Source: Octopus sinensis (lineage: Eukaryota). From it: DNA of 64,000 bases. Both the position numbers and the translations under genes were made by a program. Positions 1 to 11,942 of this stretch are shown piece by piece. Under the pieces are notes generated by a model, which saw nothing but the letters and a program-made list of their open reading frames with translations, searched no databases and was not told the origin of the DNA. How positions within the stretch are numbered: the stretch's first letter is position 1; each line of letters starts with the position of its first letter. The stretch spans positions 107,260,001 to 107,324,000 of the forward strand of contig NC_042999.1 in assembly GCF_006345805.1 (NCBI RefSeq), in the 5' to 3' direction.

Positions 1-634
1 ATTATTTGAATTCTTCCTCTAAGATGGAAGTTGGTTTCTAATAAAGATACAAATCTCTCTCAATGGAATGTTGATGACAAAAATAATATCACATTTTAAA
101 CTTGAAAACGTTTATGCATATTTTTACTGTTCCACTTACAGATTCTATTTGTAATGTGCAAGTTAGTTGGTTAACTTTTTGAAAACCCTAGCTTATCCAA
201 ATTGTCACCTTGGCATTTACTCACAAAATCAAGTGCACTGATTGTTATTAGTATAAATGTGAATATATAATCCAGATATAGAAGCTGGAGGTTTCAATGC
301 AGTTGTCCATAGTTAACTGCTTTCTCTTTGAGTTTGAAAGAGATATTTACATCAGCAGGCTAGCTGACCTCAATGTCAGTACATACGTTCTTGGTTTGTC
401 ACAAACAACAATATTCAGCCTGTTATGTTTACACTTGATGTTTTGATTGGATGTTCCACCTGTATTCCTAGTGTTGATGTTTGTGTATGTATTCAATAAC
501 AGGGGAGTTCTTTATATATTTCTCCTACATCTGTCTTGCTGTGAAGGTCATATCCATAGTAACACAACCAGAAGGGAAGTCACGTTGTGATTCATACAGG
601 ACAACTTTTATTCAGGCAGGAAAGAATACTTAAT

Positions 635-842
635 ACAGTTCTATATTTAAGAGATGAGGAATTATGTACATTATTTACATTATTTACATTCGACAGATAT
701 TTGTCCTCATCTTGTTTGTTGTTAACACAACGTTTCAGCTGATATACCCTCCAGCCTTCTTCAGGTGTCTTGGGGAAATTTCAAACCTGGAATCTCATTC
801 CTAAGGTATTCTTCGATGTTATTATTATTATTTTTATGATTA

Positions 843-874
<32 letters not shown>

Positions 875-942
875 GTTCAGGTCACTGCTTGGAATCGAAC
901 TCAGAATCTTGGGGTTAGTAGCCCACACTCTTAACAACTGTA
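635..942 (-). mobile_element. tRNA-headed SINE-like retroposon containing a hammerhead ribozyme motif
   Basis: Minus strand reads: partial A-box (GTTGTTAAG), tRNA-like arm, B-box GAGTTCGATTCC (891-902), (AAT)n, hammerhead (724-769), then a 3' tail with a perfect 9-bp stem AGATGAGGA/TCCTCATCT (652-660/704-712). 5' end abuts the RTE fragment. Confidence 0.65.
724..769 (-). ncRNA. Minimal type I hammerhead ribozyme motif
   Basis: GACAC-CUGAAGA-A-GGCUG(GAGGGUAUAU)CAGCU-GAAAC-GUU|GUGUU: intact core, 5-bp stem I, 5-bp stem II with a basal G-U pair, loopless palindromic ACGU stem III, GUU cleavage triplet. Confidence 0.8.
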
Positions 943-944
943 AA

Positions 945-2240
945 TAATGTAATTAAAGAAGAATATTTGCCAGAAACTTGTCATAGCTGAGGGTACAGCA
1001 ATACTTCTATGATCGCCACACTTTATTCTGACACCCTTTCTTTTATAAAGAGGAAGGATAATTGTATCCTTCCAGTCACTGGAGACAGCAACATCCCCCC
1101 AGTCTATGCCTGTGAAGTTTCTGTTCAATATGGTTACCACCAAAGTGCAAGACCTCAGTGCAAATTCCACCTTTACCAGGTACTTTAGCAAGATCCACCT
1201 TACTTATTACTGTTACTACCTCGTCTATTGAGGGTGAGGAGTCCAAGGTGCTGACGATAGGTCTTTGCTGAATAGTTGCAATTACAGCACCATCTGCAAC
1301 TGACGCACAGTTTAGAAATTCAGAAAAATGTTCAATCCAGTGACCCGTGATTTCTGATGATTTAGTAAGTAGGGTAGCAACCTCTTTGGAAAGCAAAGGA
1401 ACTAATACAGAACTTTTAAGGCCAGAAGCTAGTGGATAGAACTTCTTGCTGTCATTTGCATCACCAGCTGCTTCAATATCACAAGCAAGACTTTCCCACG
1501 AGGTGTCCTGCATCTTTCTGAGTGATCGATGCAGTAGAGATTTTGTATTCTTATGATGGGTAAGTGCTAGGTTCTGCTGCACAAACGATAGCTTTTTGTG
1601 CAATAATACATTGCAGGCATTGCACTTTGCATATAGGAGTCTCTGAACCACAGTATCCTTTTCATCAAACCAATGCCTATGGTTGGCTGTAGAATAATGA
1701 TTCTGAAATTCTTTCCTCACAGTAGAATCATATATCTTATGGACATCCAAATGCTGAGGAATCCCAGCTAGCCCTCTTCCCTCCTTTACTCTGATTACCA
1801 TCCAGATCCTTGCCCACACCAAGCAGTGGTCTGTCCAGCACTCTGATCCATGAAAGACTTGACATTACAAATGTCAGAGATATCATGCTTGCAGATGATA
1901 ACATAATCCAGAAAGTGCCAAACCTTAGACCTTGGGTGCATTCATGTTGTTGTGAGATCATCTCTGTGTGTAAATTAAGTGCTTGCAATGTAAAGGCCAT
2001 ATTCATCACAAAGCTCTAGGAGTATGAGACCCTTGCTATTCATCTTCCCTACACCAAAACAACCAAGAGAGTTCAATGTTTGCCCATCTGTTCCAACACT
2101 AGCATTGACATTCGAGAATGATTTTGTCTGACTTGGGGATTTTCTGGATTACAGCTTTCAGCAGGGCATAGGAAGTTGTTTTATCTTCATCAAAACTGGC
2201 CAGAGTAGGTGTATAGCAATTATCAGAGTAGCACCCCCTC
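945..2240 (-). mobile_element. RTE-clade LINE fragment (endonuclease end, linker, start of RT), frameshifted
   Basis: ORFs 2099-2302 (YTPTLASF, EN-like), 1076-1822 (linker: WIEHFSEFLN, SPSIDEV, KVPGKGGI) and 931-1191 (DWKDTIILPLYKRKG..CGDHRSI, RT domain-1 motif). Confidence 0.85.
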
Positions 2241-2334
2241 ATACATGTGTATGCATGTGTATAGAAGCATATATATATATATATATATGCATGTGTATAC
2301 AAGCATATATATATATATATAGATACATATATAT

Positions 2335-2447
2335 ATAGGGAGAATTAACAAAAAAAAACAAAAGACGAAGACAGGTGGTGTAGACAACAAACAGATGTAT
2401 TAGTATAATGTTTGGGAAGTGAAAAAGTCGCACAGCAACGTTTTTCA
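2335..2447 (-). mobile_element. PLE pLTR 3' fragment (same family as 57340-57455)
   Basis: Reverse complement (..ATACTAATACATCTGTTTG..CCACCTGTCTTCGTCTTTTG..CTCCCTATATAT) aligns by eye to 57340-57455. Confidence 0.65.
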
Positions 2448-2598
2448 AATTCCATCCATGAAGTCTACTCACAAGGCTTCGTTTAGCCTGAGGCCATATC
2501 AGAAAACTAGGAGACACTTACCCAAGATGCCAAGTAGTGGGACTGAACCAGTAACCATGTGGTTTGGAAGCAAAATTCTTACCACATGGCCACACCCA
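2448..2598 (-). mobile_element. SINE family A, 5' part
   Basis: tRNA-like head and CTTGGGTAAGTGTC core matching the full-length copies. Confidence 0.75.
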
Positions 2599-3247
2599 AT
2601 CCTTTGTTGATGGAATTGAACAAAAAAATGTATTCTTTGTTGAGTTGTTAGCTTTTAATTTCTATATCTCACCATTATCATCATTATTATTTAACCATCC
2701 ACTTTTCCATGCTCACATGGATGAGATGATATTTCTGTTGATGAAAATGAGTTTCTTAAGTCAATTCCTTTTTGCCATAAAAAAAAGAGCAATTTCAAAA
2801 CTTCATCTGTTAAACACATACAAATTATTCTGTTATTTGTTTAATGTTAATATGGTTGGTTACTTTTTTTTCTTATCTTTTCTTTTTATTTTTCATGTCA
2901 GAGTTCTCGTAGTGACTTGTACAATGTATGAAGGATTCTGAGTCAGAATCTCCTGACTATAGTCACAGAAAAGTGAAGAGATTACTTCTAACTTCCTCAA
3001 CAGCCAAACACTTCACTTTCATACTTCACCTTAAACCACTTCCTTTAAACATTAAGTGTTTACCCAGTATTATGTATTATGTGCTTGCCAGTATTGCTGT
3101 ATGTGAATATGTATACATAAACATGCCAATACATATACACATACACACACACATACAATCATACTGATATATGTATACATATATATATGTATGTACATAT
3201 ATGTGTATATATATATATGTGTGTGTGTGTGTGTATATGTATTTGTG

Positions 3248-3540
3248 TGGAGGCCAATGGCCCAGTGGTTAGGGCAATGGACTCGTGGTCGGAAGATCGC
3301 AGTTTCAATTCCCAGACCAGGCATTGTGTATGTTTATTGAGCGCAAACACCTAGAGCTCCATGAGGCTCCGGCGACCCCTGTTGTACTCTTCTGCCCCAA
3401 CTTTCTCACACTCTTTCTTCCTGTTTCTTGGGTAATGCTGCAATGGACTGGCATCCTGTCCAGCTGGGGGGGAACACATATGCCACAGAAACTGGGAAAC
3501 TGGGCCCATGAGCCTGCCTTGGCTTGAAAAGGGCAGAAAA
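3248..3540 (+). mobile_element. SINE family C (tRNA head, GCAATGGACTGGCATCCTGTCC body)
   Basis: A-box TGGCCCAGTGGTTAGG, B-box-like GTTTCAATTCC; body shared with 43920-44152 and 61640-61950. Confidence 0.75.
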
Positions 3541-3559
3541 AAAATATGTATTTGTATAT

Positions 3560-4004
3560 AATGTGTAAGTATATATATATATTTGGATAAATATATATGT
3601 AATATAGGTGATATATATAATTACACCTACACATATCAAATGCAAATACATGTGTATACGTATGTGGATATACATGTATATATGTATTTATATATATGTG
3701 TGTATGTATGTATATATACATATATACATACACATATGTATATATATATATGTGTGTGTATATATATATATATATACAGGCACATACATATATATACTCA
3801 GATGCACATAAGCATTTATGGAGATATAAACATATATCGATGGGTATATATTACAGATATACATATCGTGTGTGTGTGTGTATGTTACATCTTGCAGGGA
3901 CCTTGACATCAATAGACTGCATTAATTCATGACTTGAAGTTCAGAACTTTGGCCCCTCAACCCAGGTATCAGGAAATTAGCAATAACATTGTGTATATGT
4001 AGGA

Positions 4005-4046
<42 letters not shown>

Positions 4047-4330
4047 GAAAGAAAGAGAGAGAGAGAGTGACATAGATATGCTTATGTCCATACACAGATA
4101 TGTATGTATGTCCCACCATGCCAGCATGAAAGGTAGACAATATGTATATATATATATATATATATAATTATATATAAAGAGAGAGACAGACAGACAGAAA
4201 GAGAGAGACGTATCTATACACATATTTATACATACATAGAGAGAAAGAGAGAGGCAGTGAACATATCATGTTTATTGACAGATGTATGCCTGTTTGTGTA
4301 TTTGCGTGTGTGTGTGTGTGTGCATGCATG
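3560..4330. repeat. Compound (TA)n/(TG)n/(GA)n microsatellite tract
   Basis: Directly visible; source of the YIYI/CVCV-type ORFs. Confidence 0.9.
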
Positions 4331-4823
4331 CGCGTACATGTGCACATTTCTATCTGTCTACAGAAACATAGATAAACTGATGAATGCTAGATATAAATTT
4401 ATATATATAATTTCTTTATTTACCATCGTATAATATTGATCAAACATCAATCACCCACATATATATATTTATTCATATGTGCTTTATTTATTTTGTCTGT
4501 TTGCATGTGTATATGTATTTATGTATATAAATGTGTAAATATCAATAAATTTAGAGGACTAATGTAGATTTATTTGATTTTTCAGACAGTAAAATTAATT
4601 AGCTTCATCCTAATGAACTTTGATTTTATTCATACAATGGCTCCATACAACTGTGTAGGAACAAATTGGTTTTGTATGGCACATGCATTACTGCTTATTA
4701 TTTATTACTTTTTGTTTTGTTTTGGGTTTTTTTTTTCAAGATTTTGGCATATTTATTTTAAACTGAATATTGATGAGTTAAAAACTTACAATTCATACAC
4801 ATCCATGTAGAGGGTTATATTTG

Positions 4824-4858
<35 letters not shown>

Positions 4859-5686
4859 TGTTGTAATATGCCCTGTCACGCTAAATGGAGTGTTTGACAA
4901 TCCATTTCATCACTAGTCTATCTGAATGTTTGCTGAAATTTTTTTACTTGAGCGACAACTTGATTATGGTGCTGTGATGTTCATCTGTTCCACAAGAATA
5001 TTCACAGTGTCTAAAACTCTATTTGCCAGGAATATATCACCCTCTTCAGTAATCAACAAACATTGCTACGTATAGAATTGGCCAAAATGCCCATTCAATT
5101 TTTGTCAACACTAAACTTCAAGTATTCTAAGTAGCTAACTCCAGTCTGTCCCTTGTGCATTGCACTCATTAGATAATTGACATTTCAATGTAGTTTGACA
5201 CAAACTTGCAATGAGACAGGTTGTATTTTGTATGTTTGGGATTACTCTGAAACTGAAGAAAGAAAGAATACATTAAGCTTTATAGTACACCGATAAATGG
5301 GCTATGGAATGACCTGCTGTGATGAAGTGGGTGGCAAAGGGATGGTCTGGTATGAAGTGTGTTTCAAAAGTAATCAGCAAAGCAACGGCCTGATTTCTTC
5401 AATGCAAGGTGCTCTGCAAAGTTTGAAGATAATACAATATATGAGGTTTAAAGATGTGCAACAGAGCAGAAGTTTTGAGTATTCTAGTATATTTATGTTT
5501 CTAGGGTCTATCTATAATTATATAAATGCATGCATGAAACCACACATTGGTACTTATATATCCAGATAAATGCATATACATCATGCATTTTTCTGGTTAG
5601 ATATGGGATTATTAATACACACATACATACGTATCTATATGTATATATATATTATATATGTATACATATATATATATATATATATA

Positions 5687-5744
<58 letters not shown>

Positions 5745-5815
5745 ATATATAAAACATTATTGGTGAATGAAGAAATGGAGCTGAACGCAGATTGAACAGA
5801 AATCGTTTTATTTCA

Positions 5816-5895
5816 TTCTACACGTGTTTCGAAAGGCACAAATTACCAAAATCCGATTGAATAATGGGACCATATTGTGTCTTTCTCTTCAGGAA
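5816..5895 (-). ncRNA. Hammerhead ribozyme motif, left-arm mirror copy
   Basis: Reverse complement of 6078-6153 with the same intact core. Confidence 0.75.
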
Positions 5896-6077
5896 GAAAA
5901 AAGGAAATCCGTTGGAAAAACAAAAACAGAACAGAGGCAGAGCAAAAACAAATCGAACTGTGCTCCTAAGAGCCCATGGCGAAACAGTTTCGCCATGGGC
6001 TCTTAGGAGCACAGTTCGATTTGTTTTTTGCTCTGCCTCTGTTCTGTTTTTGTTTTTCCAACGGATTTCCTTTTTTC

Positions 6078-6153
6078 TTCCTGAAGAGAAAGACACAATA
6101 TGGTCCCATATTCAATCGGATGGTAATTTGTGCCTTTCGAAACACGTGTAGAA
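6078..6153 (+). ncRNA. Type I hammerhead ribozyme motif with extended stem II
   Basis: UUC-CUGAAGA-GAAAGACACAA...UUGUGCCUUUC-GAAA-CACGUGUA|GAA: intact core, stem II 10 of 11 pairs, palindromic ACACGUGU stem III, GUA cleavage site after 6150, 3-bp stem I. Confidence 0.8.
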
Positions 6154-6371
6154 TGAAATAAAACGATTTCTGTTCAATCTGCGTTCAGCTCCATTTCTTC
6201 AATTCACCAATAATGTTTTTAATTTCAATTATCCGCACCAACGCACGGTTGCAACGCCAGATGGTTGTACCTCCAACCGTGCTGTTCACTGCTGTGATTT
6301 TTGCTACTAAGGTATCGTTAAACTTTTGATTATCTACTACAAGATTATTCATCTTTCTATTTCACATAAAT

Positions 6372-6423
<52 letters not shown>

Positions 6424-6426
<3 letters not shown>

Positions 6427-6635
6427 CTGGCAGAAACGTTAGCGCGCCAGGCGAAATGCTTAGCGGTATTTCGTCTGTCGTTACGTTCTGAGTTCAAATT
6501 CCACCGAGGTCGACTTTACCTTTCGTCCTTTCGGGGTCGATAAATAAAGTACCAGTTTCGCATTGGGGTCGATGTAATCGACTTAATCACTTTGTCTGTT
6601 CTTGTTTGTCCCCTCTTGTGGGTAGTAAAGAAATA
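6424..6635 (+). mobile_element. SINE family B (Nin-domain-like core)
   Basis: GAGCTGGCAGAAACGTTAGC head, GAGTTCAAATTCC B-box, CCTTTC.TCCTTTCGGGGTCGATAAA..AAGTACC core, TTGTCCCC..GTGGGTAGTAAAGAAA tail. Confidence 0.85.
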
Positions 6636-6926
6636 TATATATATGTACAAGCAAACTAGCACAAATGTGAAATGTTACAACACATAGACAGAAATTCAAA
6701 AGATGTTGTAGAAAATGTAAACACAAAAAGAATTAACAATAAAAGTTTGTACAGGGATTTGTACAGAAATAATACAGAAAAAAAGAAATGAAGCAAGTTG
6801 TTGTGTTGTGTGGACTCTTTATCAAAGTAGAGTAAACAGTGGATAAAAGAAATGATACTTATGTACATACATATATCATCAACATTTGATATCCATGTTA
6901 CATGCCAGTATGGCTTTGGATAATCA

Positions 6927-6970
<44 letters not shown>

Positions 6971-6974
6971 ACAC

Positions 6975-7340
6975 ATATCATCATCATCATTATCATTTCA
7001 CATGCATTTTTTATGCTAGCATGATTTAGATGACTTGACAGGAGTTGGCAAGTCAGAGAGCTGCACCAGTCTCCAATTTTCTGTTTTGGTATGGTTTCTA
7101 TATCTGGATGCCCTTCTTAATGCCAACCACTGTACAGAGGTTACTGGGCGCTCCTTACGTGACACCAGCACAGGTGCTTTTTAAGTGGCCCTGCCATAGG
7201 TACTTTTTATGTGGCATCAGGACAGCATGGTCTCGAAGTAGCTTGGGACGCAAAGACCTCTTAATAGAGAGAAGCTGTGGAACAGAGTGAAGTGGCTTTG
7301 TGCCAGGACAGAGGTTAGAGTATAATAGAGAGACAGAGAA
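6975..7340 (-). mobile_element. RTE-X-type 3' tail joined to a pyrimidine-rich body
   Basis: (CAT)n then GGATGCCCTTCTTAATGCCAACC on plus; continues into GGTTAGAGT..AGAGAGACAG as at 9560. Confidence 0.7.
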
Positions 7341-8215
7341 AGTTATTTTACTTTAAAGGTGATATGTATTTGATAATTGGAAAATGCATCATATATATGC
7401 ATCTTTCTGAATATATATAAGTACCAATACACAGATGCTTGTATATATTTATTTACATTTATCTGCATGCTATAAACATTAGAATATACCAATAAATATA
7501 TTTTAGTAGCATAATTTTCTTCATGATATTTATAGTAACATAATCTTCTCAATCTAAAAATTTTTGAAATGCCTATTTTAAAATTCTTTCCCTTACATGC
7601 CTGACTGGTCACGAAACAATAGCAAAATGTGTGCATCAAACCAGAATAACTGTTTCTACCATCCCTTTATCTCAACCCACGTTTTACAATCACATATACT
7701 GTATTCTTATTGCTTTCCATTCCCTCCATTTCTTACACAACCAATTCTCTTACCTAACTACATCATATCTAATTTTCATTCACATCACTCCACCCATCAA
7801 AGGAATACTCATTCAGAAAATATATGCAGCCAGGAAGGTCCAAAGTAAAGGATAGCCAAATGATGGCAGCTAAGCTGAAACTTTAGCATCACTATCAACC
7901 TTTTTATTGAGAAAATTAATGAATATGTACTTCACAAAATAATATTGATTAATCCTTCAGTTTAATGTTCAGTTTTTATATATAACTTTAAACACACACA
8001 CACATATAAAAAATTCATATTGAATTACTTGGTATGTGCATGTGTGTGTGTGTGTGTGCATGTATGTGTATGTTTGTGTGTGCATGTGTTTATGTGTAGA
8101 TATATTTGGACATTTGTTTTAAGTTATTTATAGTCATAAGTTGTATTTTATTTCATTTGTCCTTTCCTTCTGCTTAACTTCTGGCTAACAGCCAGATTTT
8201 GAAAATATTGTTTTA

Positions 8216-8896
8216 CTAGCTTAAGGTGACCCGCTCTATGCATGGATGAGGGTGTGGTAGTTACTTTCTGTTGCTTCCTTTCTGTTTCTTATTGACACAT
8301 TCTCTCTCTTTGAATCTCTCCTTTCTCTCTCACTTTCCCACTCTCTTACTCTTCCTTTCTCTCGGACTCTCCCTCACTTTCTCTTACACATGCATGTAAA
8401 ATCACAAAAATAATTCAAAATTACTTAAAATTTTGCGAAATTTCATACTTTTTTCTGGTATATTTTGACAGTTCATGATGCAAATGAAAGCTAAAATTTT
8501 GGCCTTTAACACAATGCTATTTTTACCCATGTCAACCAAATAATGCAAACAGAAAAAAATTAAATTTAAAAATAGGGCAAAAATGTACTCTTTTTAAAAG
8601 TTGAAAAATTTTAACCCCCTTTCCAAAATCCCCCAAATTTTTACACCCACAATTAAAGATAACTTTATTCAAACAGCACAACCTGTCTATCCCATAAAAC
8701 TCAATTTTTCCCATATTCCTCACCATGGCAACTAAACGGTAGCCCTGAGTGACTTGCAACCCTCCTCACACCATTGCCCACCCCATTTTACTCCCCAGTG
8801 TAAATTTTGGCACCAATCTGACCCCATCTACCGCCCCTTAAACCATTTCCATCCCAAAATGAGACAAACAACTTTTTCTCATTTCAGCTTTATAGA
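8216..8896 (-). mobile_element. Non-autonomous Helitron-like element
   Basis: Minus strand starts A|TC (ATCTATAAAGCTGAAATG) and ends CTAG|T after a GC-richer subterminal stretch; no coding capacity. Confidence 0.5.
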
Positions 8897-8911
8897 TATT
8901 GAGGTTTCTAA

Positions 8912-9132
8912 CTCTTTAGCATTTAAACCTGCCATATCTGGCCTAGATATTTTGTCTGTTTTACGTTCAATCTGGCCAGATCCTGTCTCTCACATCTACC
9001 CTGCAATGTCATTCTAAAAATAATCAATAACATCTTTGAAATCTCAAAGCTTTGAGATAATACAGGATTGGTGTTATAAAAAGGTAAATATATAAGTTAC
9101 ACACTTGACAAAGTAATCTGAATGCTAAAGGG
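8912..9132. mobile_element. piggyBac-like MITE
   Basis: Terminal inverted repeats CTCTTTAGCATT / AATGCTAAAGGG with TTAA-like flanks; second copy at 29706-29922. Confidence 0.65.
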
Positions 9133-9289
9133 CTTAGGTAGATATATATTATTCAATTTACAGAGAAATACCCATGTTTTATACCTTTGTTTTGTAAGTA
9201 CAAGACATGCAAGACTCATACTTGAGTTACTTATGTAGCTATGCAGCTAAACAGTAAGAAATTTTGTGTGCTTTTATGCAGACGAGTGT

Positions 9290-9955
9290 ATCATCATCAT
9301 CATCATCATTAAATATCCACCTTCCATGCTAGCATGGGTTGGACGGTTTGACAGGAGCTGGGCAGAAGACTGCATCAGACTTCTGTGTCTGTTTTGGTAT
9401 GGTTTTCACAGCTGGATGCCCTGCCAAATGCCAACCCCTTTACAGTTTGGGCTGAATGCTTTTTATGTGGCACCAGCACTGGCAGGGTAACCTGTGAGAC
9501 AAAGATCCTTTGAGAGAGACGGGGGCATTGGAAGAGGTAATCATGTGTCAGATGATGAAAGGTTAGAGTGTAACAGAGAGACAGAAACAGGTGTCTTGCT
9601 GTAGAGGAGGAACATGGTTACCTGGCAAAAGATAGAGAGAGGGAGGGAGAAAGAGAGAGAGAGGACAGAAACAGGTGTGCTGTTGTAAAGATACATGATT
9701 ACCCAACCTGAGAGAAGAGCAAGAGAAGGAGAGAGAGAGACAGCAAGAGTGCAAGAGAGAACAGGACAGAGATGGTGGCAAAGTGCCAGGGCTTCCTTAG
9801 AAGGGATGGGGATCAGAATATAAATGGGATGGTAAAGGAAGAGAGAGATAGATGGTTGCAAGTGCCAGGGCTTCCTTAGAAGGGATGGGGAACAGAATAT
9901 AAATGGGATGGTAGAGTAAAACAAGAGAGAGATAGATGGTGACAATAAACCTGTG
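9290..9955 (-). mobile_element. RTE-X-type 3' tail plus pyrimidine-rich body with an internal ~80-bp tandem duplication
   Basis: (CAT)n, CATGCTAGCATGGGTTGGACGG, GGATGCCC..GCCAACC; AGTGCCAGGGCTTCCTTAGAAGGGATGGGG occurs twice (9782, 9861). Confidence 0.7.
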
Positions 9956-10236
9956 TCAACAGTGCAGTAGGTAGGCTGTTTCTTGTCATCAAAAACTAAA
10001 GCTGTGTCTGTTTCGAAGAGGACATATTGTGTTAATTACACAACTAAACATTGTATACTATAAGTGAGTAGTATAAGATATGGATTCAGAGAATTGTGCA
10101 GCTGTCACAGTAAGCTCCTCATACGAACTTGACTATCAGTCTACATAGTAATCAATTACAAACTAGAAAAATATAAACTGTTTACGAAACTGAAAATCCA
10201 GAAAACCTGAACAATAAAATTATTTTGTGAGGAGTA

Positions 10237-10756
10237 CCGTAAATCCTCAAGTATAATCCGCATTTTTTCCTAAAATTTAAAGGTCTAAATCCCTAGTGCA
10301 TACTATATACGAGGTTTAAAAGGAAAAATATTTTCTAAGCAACGTCCGAGTCTCTATTTGCTGTCTGGCAATGTTTATTCAGATGTATTTTGTGATGTTG
10401 GGTGCAAAAATACCTTAAGCTAAGCCTGAAAGCAATGAAGTCATAAAAGAATCATCGATAACTTGCAATAAGCAACATTTATTAAAATAAAAGTATTCAG
10501 AACACAGAATAACATATAACAAAAACAATTTGCAAACATATTTACATTCCCATATAACAGTTAAGAATATCACCATTATTGTATTACACATGTGCAGAAG
10601 TGTTTGTTCGACTAGGTGCTGCTGGCTTAATTACGACAACTCAAGTTAGAGAGGGAGTGCATATTATATACAAGGTTTAGATTTTTCAGAGGTACAGCCC
10701 CCTAAAAATCCCCTGCGTATTATACTCAAGGGCAGACTATACTCAAGGATTTATGG
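10237..10756. mobile_element. Tc1/mariner/pogo-type MITE
   Basis: TA|CCGTAAATCCTCAAGTATA ... TATACTCAAGGATTTATGG|TA: inverted termini with TA duplication. Confidence 0.8.
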
Positions 10757-10852
10757 TATATAAAAATATAAAGCCAGGAGGTATAGAGAGGTGAATATAG
10801 ATTATTTAACAATGTGACTTCCACAGGATTATGGCCATTTCACAACCTTATT

Positions 10853-11065
10853 AATTTCAGTATGCAAGAAATTATGCATATACGTTTGCATTAATATGTA
10901 TGCTTTGGAATAGTTCAACTGTTGATGTAACCATGATATCCTGGTGATCTGATGAGGCGAGCTTTCTTTATTTGCATAAATTTGTGAATATACGATTGTA
11001 TTGTATAATGCTGAGCTCACATATTAATGCAAGTATGGATGCATAATTTCTTTCATACTGGAATT
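10853..11065. repeat. 47-bp imperfect inverted repeat, possibly an old MITE
   Basis: 10853-10899 and 11019-11065 are reverse-complementary with a few mismatches. Confidence 0.7.
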
Positions 11066-11164
11066 TTTACTATGAAGAACATTGTGAAATAGTTGTGATC
11101 CTATAGAAGTTGTGTAACTAAAGAAATCTAACTATATTCACCTCTTATACATCCTAACATTATG

Positions 11165-11177
11165 TATGTATGTATGT

Positions 11178-11257
<80 letters not shown>

Positions 11258-11420
11258 GTAAATAGATAGATAGGTAGATAGATAGATAAATAGATAGATA
11301 GATAGATAGACAGATAGATAGATAGATAGACAGACAGACAAACAGACAGATGGACAGACGGACAGACAGACAAACAGACAGACGGACAGACAGACAGATT
11401 GATAGATACCTAGATAGATG
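11165..11420. repeat. (TATG)n/(TAGA)n/(CAGA)n microsatellite
   Basis: Directly visible. Confidence 0.95.
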
Positions 11421-11784
11421 AGCTGATGAGGTGGAATCAAACTGTTTTAAATAATAATAATATGAATAATAATAATAACAACAATAATTTCATAGCGTCT
11501 ATTGCCATTAACAGCCAATGAAAATGCATCATAGCTCTTCACTCCTACATTCAAAAGTCCAAGTACTATAATGACAACTTATTCTTTATCCTAAATTATA
11601 AATATATGAATAATCCTCTATTTACCTAATATCAAGGTCTCATTCTTTTGTTGTCTATTATTATTATTATTATCATTACTATTATTATTATTATATTCAT
11701 ATATACATATTATTTATTATTATTATGTATATATTATATATATCTATATATATGTAATACACACACACATACACACACACACAA

Positions 11785-11942
11785 GGCACTTTCATACAGT
11801 TGCTGTTCTACCAAATTCACTCACAAGATATTGGTTGGCCTGGGTTTTAGTAGAAGATACTTGTCGAAGGTGCTGCACAGTGGAGTTGAAGCCAACACCA
11901 AATAATTGCAAAGTGAGCTTCTTAACCACACAGCCATAGCAT
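11785..11942 (-). mobile_element. SINE family A, 5' part
   Basis: Head and core similarity to full-length copies. Confidence 0.7.

Larger units (their letters stand above)
5751..6219. repeat. Near-perfect ~470-bp palindrome (fold-back of a PLE-type terminal repeat), 1-nt spacer at 5986
   Basis: Arms 5751-5985 and 5987-6219 are reverse complements; by eye they differ only by four small indels and no substitutions. Confidence 0.95.

Noticed and set aside
3070-4330. Many 60-140 aa ORFs rich in YI, CV, HT and LSIY (also at 11.1, 16.8, 19.2, 27.0, 30.6-32.2, 54.6, 62.1 and 63.6 kb)
   Set aside because: Read-through of di-, tri- and tetranucleotide microsatellites that lack stop codons in some frames.
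4880-5460. Non-repetitive stretch with ORF 5297-5569, possibly transposase debris
   Set aside because: No motif, TIR or splice pattern could be assigned.
5818-6161. Overlapping ORFs on both strands across the palindrome
   Set aside because: A by-product of the inverted symmetry; no protein motif.
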